From the IMG/VR virus record IMGVR_UViG_3300022750_000190: a DNA stretch of 64,000 nucleotides. The stretch is one strand, 5' to 3'. Shown here piece after piece: positions 45,596-55,001 of the stretch. The notes beneath the pieces were generated by a model that ran no database searches, was not told where the DNA came from, and saw nothing but the letters and a program-made list of their open reading frames with translations. The number at the start of each line of letters is the position of its first letter. The stretch's first letter is position 1. The stretch comes from a virus (lineage: Duplodnaviria; Heunggongvirae; Uroviricota; Caudoviricetes). The translations under genes and the position numbers were made by a program.

Positions 45596-46063
45596 ATGAA
45601 AGTTAAACTCAATGCAGACTGGCTAGAAATCAATAATAAATCTAAACTTTTCTGGATTCAACAAGTCCGTAAAGATTTCGGATTTACTGCTGCACAAATA
45701 AAGCCACTTGCTGATTTGTTCTGGTCTGCAACCAACAATTTGCTTCTTGCAAAAGAATTAATTGTTGATACTAACGAAATAGATATTTTAAATTCTTTGG
45801 GCAGTACAAATTCTTTTGGACAACCTATCGAAATTGGTGAGGTTTGGATTAGCTATTCAAAAGCTATTCAGCATCATCATACAGAAGAAGAAAAAACAAA
45901 ATTAAAATATGAAGCAAATCCTAGGCTTCGAAAAGAAGAAGAATTGCAAGAAGAAATTCAAAAACTAATGGATTTAATTCCAGAAGATAAATTAGAACAA
46001 GTTGAAGAAGCATTAAAAAGAGTGCTAGCTGTTAATTCTTCATTTTCAGGTCCATACGCTTAA
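45596..46063 (+). CDS. hypothetical protein
   Basis: 155 aa, GGAG RBS. Confidence 0.75.
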   Translation: MKVKLNADWLEINNKSKLFWIQQVRKDFGFTAAQIKPLADLFWSATNNLLLAKELIVDTNEIDILNSLGSTNSFGQPIEIGEVWISYSKAIQHHHTEEEKTKLKYEANPRLRKEEELQEEIQKLMDLIPEDKLEQVEEALKRVLAVNSSFSGPYA

Positions 46064-46072
46064 CCAAAAATA

Positions 46073-46101
46073 TTGACCTAAACGGCAAAACCATCTATAA
46101 T
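46073..46101 (+). promoter_or_regulatory. sigma70-type promoter
   Basis: TTGACC-17 nt-TATAAT. Confidence 0.75.
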
Positions 46102-46137
46102 ACAGCCTATTGAATACACAAACTAATAGGCTTCAAC

Positions 46138-46458
46138 ATGTATTATCATGTTACCCTTATCTCAAATCTGGAATCTATTCGCCAAAATGGACTCATTCCA
46201 CAAATTGGCGAACGCTCTCTAGAACTTGGCGAAACTATTAATCGAGTCTACCTTTTTACAAGCAAAATCGCTTGTGAAGATGCCTTGACAAACTGGCTTG
46301 GCGATTATTTTGAAGATGAAGATATTGCTATCCTCGAAATAGAAAAATCTCATGTAAAAGGCATAAGTGAAGCAGAATATGAGATTTCTTGCGAGCATGC
46401 AATCCCATTTGAAAACATCAAGATTCTTGACGAAAACTTTTCGGTTGCCATCTCGTAA
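46138..46458 (+). CDS. ADP-ribosyltransferase-fold protein (KptA/Tpt1-like, tentative)
   Basis: YHVT...NLESIRQNGLIP...RVYLF...EYEI. Confidence 0.55.
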   Translation: MYYHVTLISNLESIRQNGLIPQIGERSLELGETINRVYLFTSKIACEDALTNWLGDYFEDEDIAILEIEKSHVKGISEAEYEISCEHAIPFENIKILDENFSVAIS

Positions 46459-46507
46459 GATATATCTTAAGAATTTCAATCAACGTAAAATAAAATCAAA
46501 ATAGTTG

Positions 46508-46536
46508 TTGACCACATCAACATAATTTACTATAAT
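46508..46536 (+). promoter_or_regulatory. sigma70-type promoter
   Basis: TTGACC-17 nt-TATAAT. Confidence 0.75.
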
Positions 46537-46597
46537 ATCGGTACTGGTTAGGCGGTTGGATTCGAAAACTTACTAATTAACCTTTGAGGCTACAAAA

Positions 46598-47239
46598 ATG
46601 AAAAAGACTCCAAATGTATTTTTAATGAATCGCGAAACCGAAGTCGTTGATAACGTTGTTAAACCCGGTTCCGAATGGGTTCTCAATGGCGAAGGTGTTG
46701 CTACTGTTAAGTTTGATGGCACTTCCACTATGTGGAAAGATGGCATTCTTTGGAAACGCTATGACCGCAAATTGAACAAAACTGCTGCACGCCGTATGGC
46801 AAAAGGTGAACCATTGAGCATTGATATGTTCAAAACTCCACCAGAAGGCTTCATTCCTTGCGAAGAAAAGCCTGACCCTGTAACTTTTCATTGGCCCGGT
46901 TGGACTCCATTGACCGAGCATGATAAATGGCACTGGGAAGCTGTTGAAGGCGCTACTGGTCTTGTTGACGGTAAAACCTATGAGTTGGTTGGTCCTACCC
47001 TTGCAAAAAACGTGTACGGTCTTGAAAAGCACGAATTGTGGGAACATGGTAGCAAAGTTGTAGAATTGCCTGCTGTAACTTTTGAAACTATTCGTGCATG
47101 GTTGATGGCGAATAAAGAAGAAGGTTTGGTTTTCCACCACCCTGACGGTCGTGTAGCTAAAATTCGCCGTAAAGATTTTAACTTGGTCAAAGGGCGAGAT
47201 CATCACTGGTGGATGATGACTGATGCAGATTTTGCATAA
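46598..47239 (+). CDS. ATP-dependent RNA ligase-like nucleotidyltransferase (DUF5565/RLIG1-like)
   Basis: KFDGT (motif I), TYELVGP, EGLVF (IV), AKIRRKDF (V). Confidence 0.75.
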   Translation: MKKTPNVFLMNRETEVVDNVVKPGSEWVLNGEGVATVKFDGTSTMWKDGILWKRYDRKLNKTAARRMAKGEPLSIDMFKTPPEGFIPCEEKPDPVTFHWPGWTPLTEHDKWHWEAVEGATGLVDGKTYELVGPTLAKNVYGLEKHELWEHGSKVVELPAVTFETIRAWLMANKEEGLVFHHPDGRVAKIRRKDFNLVKGRDHHWWMMTDADFA

Positions 47240-47255
47240 TCATAAGTAACAAACT

Positions 47256-47279
47256 AAAGAGAGCTTCGGCTCTCTTTTT
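47256..47279 (+). terminator. rho-independent terminator
   Basis: AAAGAGAGC-TTCG-GCTCTCTTT plus T-tract. Confidence 0.85.
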
Positions 47280-47331
47280 GCTTTTCGCATATAAATGAAA
47301 TACATTAATTAAATAACAAACCATTTTAAAA

Positions 47332-47523
47332 ATGAATAAATTAAAAAATAATGATTCCAATATTATGTGCTTTTATGTAATACTTTCATTAGTTACAGCA
47401 GCCATCATCAAAGAAAAATATAACCTTGATATTTCAGCAATAGTTCTTTCACTTATAATTGATGCAACAGTATTTATTTCTTTGTTTTTATTTTTTAACA
47501 TCAAAGGCAAGCACTCTAATTAA
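47332..47523 (+). CDS. small membrane protein
   Basis: Two TM segments in 63 aa. Confidence 0.55.
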   Translation: MNKLKNNDSNIMCFYVILSLVTAAIIKEKYNLDISAIVLSLIIDATVFISLFLFFNIKGKHSN

Positions 47524-47591
47524 AAATATGTATTTACTTTAAAATTAAATCAGTGTATAGTCATGGAAACCTCACATAAAGGAGAGTATTC

Positions 47592-47864
47592 ATGTTTAAG
47601 AAGTTATTTATTTTAACCGTTATTTTATCGCTGGTAGGTTGTGCCAGTGCAATGACTGGTGCTCAATCGCCGGAAGCAGCAGGTTTTTTTCGTGGGTTCT
47701 GGCACGGACTGATTGCAATTTACAGTTTAGTTGCACACATTTTCAATCCTGATATTGTTGTTTTCCAAACACCTAATAATGGTGGTTGGTACAGCTTTGG
47801 TTTCCTTTGGGGATCGGGTATTATTGGCAAATGTTGTGGTGACGCCTGTTCAAGACGCAAATAA
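47592..47864 (+). CDS. membrane lipoprotein, conserved bacterial-type
   Basis: Lipobox LVGC; AGFFRGFWHG...NNGGWYSFGF. Confidence 0.8.
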   Translation: MFKKLFILTVILSLVGCASAMTGAQSPEAAGFFRGFWHGLIAIYSLVAHIFNPDIVVFQTPNNGGWYSFGFLWGSGIIGKCCGDACSRRK

Positions 47865-47928
47865 TATATTGCCAATATAAATATTTTACAGTATAATGGG
47901 GCATTCAAAACACTAGGCTTATAGAAAA

Positions 47929-48450
47929 ATGAACCCCATTGTAGTAGCTGTAGAACCTCTTCGAATTGAAGCCATTAAACATGCAAAAATGACAGCTTTA
48001 ACATTTTTGGATGGCTTCAATACAATGCTAATTAATGAAAATTGGAATGTTGACGCTATCGCTCCTTATCCACAAGGCAAGATCGATCTTGTGGATTATA
48101 ACAAAACACTCGGCTCATTCATTCTATCTCGCAAACTTCTGAAATTGAAAGATGCACCAGTATCAGAAATGAGAGAATTTGTTTTTGCATTTATCAAAGA
48201 TGCAGAAGATAATGCCGAACACCAATACAACATCTTTATCAATCAGCTACAAGCAAAGATTGGCGATTACACTGCGATTGAATTCAAAGGCAATCATGTA
48301 GTTTCTCAATCTATACTTAAAGTCATCAAATCAGAAGAAAAAACCATTCACTGGAAAAGCGAAATGGTTCCTTATCTCTCTAAAAATGGTAAACATGTTT
48401 GCGATTTCGTTATTAAAAAAATGAAATCTAAAGAACTTGTTGATTTTTAA
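47929..48450 (+). CDS. hypothetical protein, paralog of 48514
   Basis: AVEPLR.EA...APYP...DAEDNA..QY...GNHV. Confidence 0.8.
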   Translation: MNPIVVAVEPLRIEAIKHAKMTALTFLDGFNTMLINENWNVDAIAPYPQGKIDLVDYNKTLGSFILSRKLLKLKDAPVSEMREFVFAFIKDAEDNAEHQYNIFINQLQAKIGDYTAIEFKGNHVVSQSILKVIKSEEKTIHWKSEMVPYLSKNGKHVCDFVIKKMKSKELVDF

Positions 48451-48513
48451 TCGTTCTTGCCATAATTATTTAGGCATGTTAGAATACTTACTTTAATCAG
48501 TAGGTATTCTAGT

Positions 48514-49053
48514 ATGACTAATCATATCGCTATTGCTGTTGAACCACTTCGTGCAGAAGCTGTTGAACGCGCTCATCAACATGCCCTTGCCACTGTAGAA
48601 AATATTCGCAAACGTCTTTCAGAAGCCAATTGGGATGCGAAGATCGTTGCACCTTATCCTGATGGCGGCATGCACGATAGCATTTACCAATCCATGCTTA
48701 GTTTATACACAACTGTTCGAAAATTAACTAAAAAAAATGGAACCTACACGCTTTATCGCGACACTCCCGAAATTGTAAAAATGGATAGTAAACTCATTTC
48801 TAATTTCGTTAAAGAAGCAGAAGATAACGCTGATGCGCAATACACGGCATTCGTCAATAAACTTAACGAAAAAGTTGGTAATTGTGTCAGTGCTGCTCTA
48901 GAAGGAAACCATGTTTGGGGATATTCTTTCTTGACCATTGTAAAAGCTGATGGTTCTACTGAAATCTGGAAAACTCAAATGATTGTGAATGTTTCAAAAT
49001 TGGGAAAAATCTTTAATCAGTTTCCAACTCGCAAATCTAAATCAAAGAACTGA
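48514..49053 (+). CDS. phage-type hypothetical protein, paralog of 47929
   Basis: AVEPLR.EA...GNHVWGYS...WKTQMIVNVSKLGK.FNQFPTR. Confidence 0.8.
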   Translation: MTNHIAIAVEPLRAEAVERAHQHALATVENIRKRLSEANWDAKIVAPYPDGGMHDSIYQSMLSLYTTVRKLTKKNGTYTLYRDTPEIVKMDSKLISNFVKEAEDNADAQYTAFVNKLNEKVGNCVSAALEGNHVWGYSFLTIVKADGSTEIWKTQMIVNVSKLGKIFNQFPTRKSKSKN

Positions 49054-49159
49054 TAGATAATTATACAAAGGTTGTGCATTAGCTCCATTATAATGCTTGC
49101 CTATAGTTATGTTTGATGATATAATCCATTCATATTAAATAATTTAGGAAAACCTACAC

Positions 49160-49627
49160 ATGTATCAACTGATCATCGCCAAAGACATCAATTCTTATGA
49201 CGTTTCCCCAAACGATAAAGCAGTTTTTGCTTTGGAAAGTTTTCTTTCCCCACAAGAATTCAAAGAAGCTTTTTTGAAAAGCATCAATGAGTTCGTTGAA
49301 CAATTGAAACCTTATCAAGAAGTTGTTGAACGCACTAATAAAGTATTCAGCAAAGCTATGGAAGAATTTGAACTGGAATCTTCTGAATATCAAGATGCAG
49401 AACAGCCTTTCGTTGAAGCATATACTGCTGAAAATGAGTTCATTGCAGAACATGGCATTTTCACTCATAATGGATTTAAAGCTGAAAAGTTGAAATTCAA
49501 ACCGGAAGAAGGTGTTGATGATTTTGAAGTCTACGAATTGTGGGATTGGTTTGCTTTAAAAAAAGACGAATCTTCCAAAAACTTTGAAAGTACTCATGTC
49601 CGAATGATTGAGCCATTGGACGATTAA
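49160..49627 (+). CDS. acidic hypothetical protein
   Basis: Glu-rich 155 aa. Confidence 0.8.
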   Translation: MYQLIIAKDINSYDVSPNDKAVFALESFLSPQEFKEAFLKSINEFVEQLKPYQEVVERTNKVFSKAMEEFELESSEYQDAEQPFVEAYTAENEFIAEHGIFTHNGFKAEKLKFKPEEGVDDFEVYELWDWFALKKDESSKNFESTHVRMIEPLDD

Positions 49628-49628
49628 T

Positions 49629-49832
49629 ATGGAAACATCAAAAGAAACAAAAGAACAAATCGAAAATTTTATAAAAGAAGACAATATTTACGATTTCACA
49701 CATGAAGCAATTGATGAAATCTATAATATTGGCACTTATAATGGAGTTTTCTCTGGTGATAATAATGGATTTCATGACCGCCAGAATAGTGTTTACGGTT
49801 TTCTAGATACACTTAGAAATCTAATGAAATAA
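49629..49832 (+). CDS. small hypothetical protein
   Basis: ATG just after upstream stop. Confidence 0.65.
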   Translation: METSKETKEQIENFIKEDNIYDFTHEAIDEIYNIGTYNGVFSGDNNGFHDRQNSVYGFLDTLRNLMK

Positions 49833-49852
49833 TCTAAAAAAACATTTAAATT

Positions 49853-49877
49853 AAACCGGACTCAGTTCCGGTTTTTT
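49853..49877 (+). terminator. rho-independent terminator
   Basis: AAACCGGA-CTCAGT-TCCGGTTT plus T-tract. Confidence 0.8.
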
Positions 49878-49935
49878 GTTGACTAAAATATAATAACTGA
49901 TATCCTTTAAATATTAATTTCAAAGAACTCAAAAC

Positions 49936-50859
49936 ATGAATAGCGATATAGGTCCAATTCTTCACTTCATCGAAAATGTTTCACAGAAAGATTCTGCTTA
50001 TATTCAAAATGCAGAAAAACTACTTTTGAAAGATAATGAAAACCTTAACTTTTACGAGTATATTATAAACAATTACGATGAACCTTTTGAAATAACTGTT
50101 GGGCCACAGAATATCACTCGAAATGAAGGTGTTATTGTATTATTAATACAAGGCCACCATAAAGCGATTGGTACAATTATAAATTATGGCACAGCACTTA
50201 TAAATGAAAAAACTTTTGATATAACTAACATAGTTAATATTGCACATAATCCTAAACTAAAAAATGACTATATTGATATAATCTATATTCCATCAAAAGG
50301 ATTGTATCAAATACAATCAATCAATTTAAGATCAAATAATACGTTTATGGCAAAAATAATATTGATATACGCTTTTCCAAAAGAACCATATGAATACAAA
50401 CAAACTTCTATTGAACACAAAATACAAAATGAATTCAATATTAACCTTCTGGACAGAGCAGATAGCCCTGAAATAAATCATCTGAATATTAAAGAGTTTA
50501 ACTACTCAACTCCATGTTCTTATTTTAAATATAATAATTCATTATTGGATGCTCATACTTTAATCAGTACAAATATTCATAATTTCAAATTCATATCTTA
50601 TCCAACATTAAAAAAAGATAATCAAGGTATTTGGTCTATGACCATAACTTATAAGTTATATATCTTTTCCAAGGATTTAAATGAACTATTAAACTTCATT
50701 GAGAACAATCATAAAATTCTAAAAGATCCATTTTTGTTCAATTTCTATAAAGCTACATCTGACTTTATTAACAAGTTATACAATACAACTCAAATAGAAA
50801 TCAATGAAAAAACAAATATGAATGAAGTTAGAAAAATAGTAAAAACTTTAGAATATTAA
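49936..50859 (+). CDS. hypothetical protein (very AT-rich)
   Basis: 307 aa, Ile/Asn/Lys-rich. Confidence 0.7.
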   Translation: MNSDIGPILHFIENVSQKDSAYIQNAEKLLLKDNENLNFYEYIINNYDEPFEITVGPQNITRNEGVIVLLIQGHHKAIGTIINYGTALINEKTFDITNIVNIAHNPKLKNDYIDIIYIPSKGLYQIQSINLRSNNTFMAKIILIYAFPKEPYEYKQTSIEHKIQNEFNINLLDRADSPEINHLNIKEFNYSTPCSYFKYNNSLLDAHTLISTNIHNFKFISYPTLKKDNQGIWSMTITYKLYIFSKDLNELLNFIENNHKILKDPFLFNFYKATSDFINKLYNTTQIEINEKTNMNEVRKIVKTLEY

Positions 50860-50919
50860 ATATAATTTTACTTTTATCGCTTGAATGTTAGGATATTTTA
50901 AAGACAATCTTAATATCCT

Positions 50920-51510
50920 ATGAACAAACTCATCACTTCACTTTTAGTTCTATCTGTATTACCTCTTGCTGCATGCACTAAAGATGCCTATAGAGAACCT
51001 ACACATCAAAATCCATTTGTATTTAAATATTCTCCTGATGTTTTCCCTAACTTTGAAAAAACAAGTTCCAATATCTATACACATACCGATGCTGATGGAA
51101 ATACAATTTCCTTAAATGTTTCACAAAAAAATAATATTCGTGCAGTTTACAACAACAGTATCAAGTATAAAACTCTTGAATCATGTCAAGTTAAATACAA
51201 TAAAATACTTGGTGAACTCAACAACTTCGTTGCTAATTCGAACGAACACGTAGTTGACAGTAAAGTACCTGCAAAAGCAGATGTAGATAGCACTTCTGTT
51301 AGATATGGATCTAACATGTACACACTTACAAAATCAAAAGATTGTTATAAAAAAGATGATGGTTATGTCTATTTTGCAACTATTGTTAATAATGGCATGA
51401 ATGGTAAAAGCATTGGTCGTGGATTTGCTGATAAAATGTCTGAAAATGGAGATATTGTTTACGAGTCAGCAACAACACCTAGTTCATGGTTAACTTTTCC
51501 TAAGCTTTAA
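50920..51510 (+). CDS. putative lipoprotein
   Basis: Lipobox LAAC. Confidence 0.75.
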   Translation: MNKLITSLLVLSVLPLAACTKDAYREPTHQNPFVFKYSPDVFPNFEKTSSNIYTHTDADGNTISLNVSQKNNIRAVYNNSIKYKTLESCQVKYNKILGELNNFVANSNEHVVDSKVPAKADVDSTSVRYGSNMYTLTKSKDCYKKDDGYVYFATIVNNGMNGKSIGRGFADKMSENGDIVYESATTPSSWLTFPKL

Positions 51511-51575
51511 AATATCTTTACCTCATGAAAGACTTCTGTTATAATCCATGTACATTAACACTTGGATTATAACTG

Positions 51576-51815
51576 ATGACTCAAACAACAGATTTGGATA
51601 TTCAAAAAGCAAAACTTGAAGAAGAACTTAAAAATCTCAAAGCTAATCATCCGCTTCTTGTAGCATTAATTAAAGACGTTGTTCGAGAAAATCTTACAAT
51701 TTCTGTTAATACAGATGCAAGTTGTGAACGTGACCAAACATATATTAGCGTTTCTGTTTCTTTACAGATCGATGGTGAGTACGTAAGTGATTCGGAATCC
51801 TCAGTAAACTCATAA
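51576..51815 (+). CDS. small hypothetical protein
   Basis: 79 aa. Confidence 0.7.
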   Translation: MTQTTDLDIQKAKLEEELKNLKANHPLLVALIKDVVRENLTISVNTDASCERDQTYISVSVSLQIDGEYVSDSESSVNS

Positions 51816-51816
51816 C

Positions 51817-51843
51817 AAAAAAAGCCTCATCATGAGGCTTTTA
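51817..51843. terminator. bidirectional terminator
   Basis: A-tract GCCTCAT-C-ATGAGGC T-tract between convergent genes. Confidence 0.7.
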
Positions 51844-52405
51844 TTTTATTCATTATTTCTTTATATTTTTCAAAAGAACGTTTAAATCCTTTTTGATACA
51901 TCAATTTATTTAAAAATTGAATAGAATCATTAACTGGATAAGGATATTCACCATCTCTCATTGGACAATCAAATTCGATATGAGTATATTCCATATCATC
52001 TTCTATTAATTCCTCATCTATAGCTACTTCAATGTCATTATTTTTAACTGTATAATATTCTGTTGTTTCAATTTCAGACCATTTATCTTTATCTACTAAA
52101 AAAGTTAATGAACTATCATAGTAATAACATGGCAACTCTAATCCACTTCTAACTTCAATTTTTCGAACCCCATATTGCTCAGCCAGATCTGAAAAAACAA
52201 GCATCACCAATGACCTTTCTTCTGGCATTAATGATGAATAACTTATAGATAATCCATATTCGTATTCAGGAGCATAGCCATGCTCATCACTGACTGATGA
52301 AAGCCATTTGTATCCAAATATACTTTCAAATTCCTCTCTAAGAATATTCTCAATTCTTTCAATTGGTGTATCTTCTTTTAATATTAACGATATTGTGTAT
52401 CCCAC
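51830..52405 (-). CDS. acidic hypothetical protein
   Basis: GTG start overlapping the upstream TAG. Confidence 0.7.
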   Translation of the reverse strand: MGYTISLILKEDTPIERIENILREEFESIFGYKWLSSVSDEHGYAPEYEYGLSISYSSLMPEERSLVMLVFSDLAEQYGVRKIEVRSGLELPCYYYDSSLTFLVDKDKWSEIETTEYYTVKNNDIEVAIDEELIEDDMEYTHIEFDCPMRDGEYPYPVNDSIQFLNKLMYQKGFKRSFEKYKEIMNKIKAS

Positions 52406-52761
52406 TAGATAGCCTCTTCATATTTATCTATAATTAATTCATTACTTTCTGACAAAAATACTTTTCCAATATACTTAAATTCACTTTCTTTTAGCAACCA
52501 ATTTTCATTGGTTATTTCATAATCAAACACTTCTTTTGCTGGTAATCCTACTTCTTCTGTTTGATAGATATACCAACCATTTTTGTCTATTCCTGAATAT
52601 TTCAATTCAGATATACCATCAATACCAAATAAACATTGTTCAATAGTTGGTGATACACAAATACGCTTTGTAATCGTGCATTCAGTTATGTTTTTTGTTT
52701 TAGGCACTTTAGGTTTAAAAATAACATGATTGCCTAAATATATAACACTTACATGGTACAT
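52405..52761 (-). CDS. ART-fold-like hypothetical protein (tentative)
   Basis: YHVS...F.PKVP...RICVSPTIEQCL...V.D...T.E.W. Confidence 0.5.
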   Translation of the reverse strand: MYHVSVIYLGNHVIFKPKVPKTKNITECTITKRICVSPTIEQCLFGIDGISELKYSGIDKNGWYIYQTEEVGLPAKEVFDYEITNENWLLKESEFKYIGKVFLSESNELIIDKYEEAI

Positions 52762-52922
52762 TTTGCATTCTTAATTTAATTATGCACATAATATCATTCT
52801 GATTTTAAAAATCAAGTGTTCTATTGATTATATTAATAGTAATAGAAATTATCAATATGTTGATTGCAAATATCTATAATCCCTGATAACATGCGATAAT
52901 TAGTTAACAATGAGAATTATAT

Positions 52923-53231
52923 ATGCCATCTGTTTATCGAGTTGGGAAATCACTAACAAGCTCTAGTTATATTGAGGTTGAATTTGAAATTAAAAATGGA
53001 AAACCACATTGGTTTGTTACGTGCAGAAGACACAGTGATAATTATCAATTGACTTGGCATTCATTTCCTATTTTTATTAGCCATCTTTATGTCTTTTGGG
53101 GGTTATCGAAAATGATTAATAGAGACTATGAAGAAACATATTTCTGTGTAAAAAATAATTTATACCTTATGTCTGGCGAAGACATCATTGCTGAACATTA
53201 TTTAATCAATAAAGAAAATTCAAATATTTAA
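52923..53231 (+). CDS. hypothetical protein, paralog of 53344
   Basis: VYRVGKS...YQLTWHS...L...WG. Confidence 0.7.
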   Translation: MPSVYRVGKSLTSSSYIEVEFEIKNGKPHWFVTCRRHSDNYQLTWHSFPIFISHLYVFWGLSKMINRDYEETYFCVKNNLYLMSGEDIIAEHYLINKENSNI

Positions 53232-53343
53232 AATAAATTATATAGAAAAAACAAAAACCCTCTTAAAATTCAATATTACGTCTTGTTCAACCTGACTATT
53301 GATGGTATAATTGGCTCATTAAAACACTCAATGGACACAAAGC

Positions 53344-53604
53344 ATGCAAGCCATTTACCAAATCGGTCGTAGCAAGAAAAATACAGTTAAAATCATCAAA
53401 AATGATACTTCATTTCTACTGGTGTTGACAGAAAATGGTGGACAGTACAATACTACTTGGAAATCAATCGACCAAGTAATTGAAAATCTGTCTTCTATGT
53501 GGGGTATTGGTGTTCTGGAATCCATGCCTTTCACTAATAAACGCGCAAAAGTTCTCGCCAAATTGAAACTTGTTTCTGGCGATAATATTATCCAAAATTC
53601 TTAG
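53344..53604 (+). CDS. hypothetical protein, paralog of 52923
   Basis: IYQIGRS...YNTTWKS...L...WG. Confidence 0.7.
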   Translation: MQAIYQIGRSKKNTVKIIKNDTSFLLVLTENGGQYNTTWKSIDQVIENLSSMWGIGVLESMPFTNKRAKVLAKLKLVSGDNIIQNS

Positions 53605-53626
53605 AATTGACAAAAGAGATTATAAA

Positions 53627-54190
53627 ATGCTACTGAAAGATATTTTTGAAAACACTTTAAAAACAGATGCAAATAGTAATTATGCTGACATTGAAGAGTT
53701 TGCATCTGCTCTTGGTTTACCTTATACTAGTTGGGATGATCGTTTTAGCGAGCGTGTAAAAGGCTATTGGGTTGCGCCTTGGTACTGCACCGACGAATAT
53801 GTCGGTATGGCTGTTTACTTCTTGGATGATAAGCCACTTGCGGTTAGTATGCAAACAGGTCGCAAAAGTTCTCCTGAATATGAATTCTATTCTCACGAAG
53901 CAGCAAAAGCTTGCATTAATTTTATTTTGGAATTGCAAGGTGAGCTAGAATACAATTATTCAGTTGCTAATTTGGAGGAAGATCATAAGAATAACATCTA
54001 TCACGTTTCATATGGCTCTCAGCTTCTTACTGATGTTGGCTACTATAATGATAAAAAAGTAAAGGTTGTTGAAACATTTGAAAAAATGGACGAGATTTCC
54101 AATTGGAATTTTGTTGTAGTTGAAGATGAAACTGGCGAAAGAACAAAAATCAGTTTGAAAGAATTTGATATACCATATATTTTAGGGTGA
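53627..54190 (+). CDS. phage-type hypothetical protein
   Basis: WYCTDEYVG..VYFLD...S.QTGRKS motif. Confidence 0.75.
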   Translation: MLLKDIFENTLKTDANSNYADIEEFASALGLPYTSWDDRFSERVKGYWVAPWYCTDEYVGMAVYFLDDKPLAVSMQTGRKSSPEYEFYSHEAAKACINFILELQGELEYNYSVANLEEDHKNNIYHVSYGSQLLTDVGYYNDKKVKVVETFEKMDEISNWNFVVVEDETGERTKISLKEFDIPYILG

Positions 54191-54262
54191 ATATAACACT
54201 TGAAATGCTAGGCAGAATATATTATAATAGCCCAATCAAAACACATATGGTTGGGCTTTATA

Positions 54263-54859
54263 ATGACTGACAAGACTAAACTTTTCCTTTACCACGATTT
54301 GCTTAATCTTTCTCATAGCACCTCTATTTACTGCGTTGGCAAAATCAACGAGAGGGAAGTAGAAGCATTAAAATCGATTAATGCAAGTTTTAACACTGTC
54401 GGTTGGCCTTCTCGCATTGAAGAAAAAGATATTAAAATTTCAAATCAATATTCTTTTGATAATGCTCCTTGTGTTGAAAATGAAGATTTTGTAAAGTTTA
54501 CTACTGTTCCTTCGGAATCAAAGCAAATTTTCAAAGATGTTATTGCAAATTATTTCAATTTGAACGAACATTACAATGATAAGTATGTAGACTTTTCTGG
54601 ATTTAGTGCTTATTTTGCACATATCCATGACGATTCTAGCGTGGCGGATTGGAGGGCACAAATAAACTTCATTCTTGACAACGAAGCTCAACATAGCATC
54701 CTGTCCATTGATGTTAACGGCAAACATCATTTAGTTACGCCGAAATCAGGTGAAATTGTTTTTCTGGACGTTCATTGCCAACACGCCATCATCCCTAATC
54801 AAAAGTTAGGCATTGATGTAATGCGCAATAACCCTATGGTCTCCCTTTTTGTCTCTTAA
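54263..54859 (+). CDS. 2OG-Fe(II) oxygenase/cupin-like protein (tentative)
   Basis: HIHDD (HxD) and distal QHAI after GEIVFLD strand. Confidence 0.5.
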   Translation: MTDKTKLFLYHDLLNLSHSTSIYCVGKINEREVEALKSINASFNTVGWPSRIEEKDIKISNQYSFDNAPCVENEDFVKFTTVPSESKQIFKDVIANYFNLNEHYNDKYVDFSGFSAYFAHIHDDSSVADWRAQINFILDNEAQHSILSIDVNGKHHLVTPKSGEIVFLDVHCQHAIIPNQKLGIDVMRNNPMVSLFVS

Positions 54860-55001
54860 ATCGTCGAAAAACCTAAAGTTTCGTCGAACCTGCCGATATA
54901 TTTAGCATGGTAAAACAGCAGATAGCAGTGGTAAAAATATGCTATCTGTTGTATAATAACCTCATACTGAAATCAAACGAATTCTTTTAGGTATCTTCAA
55001 A

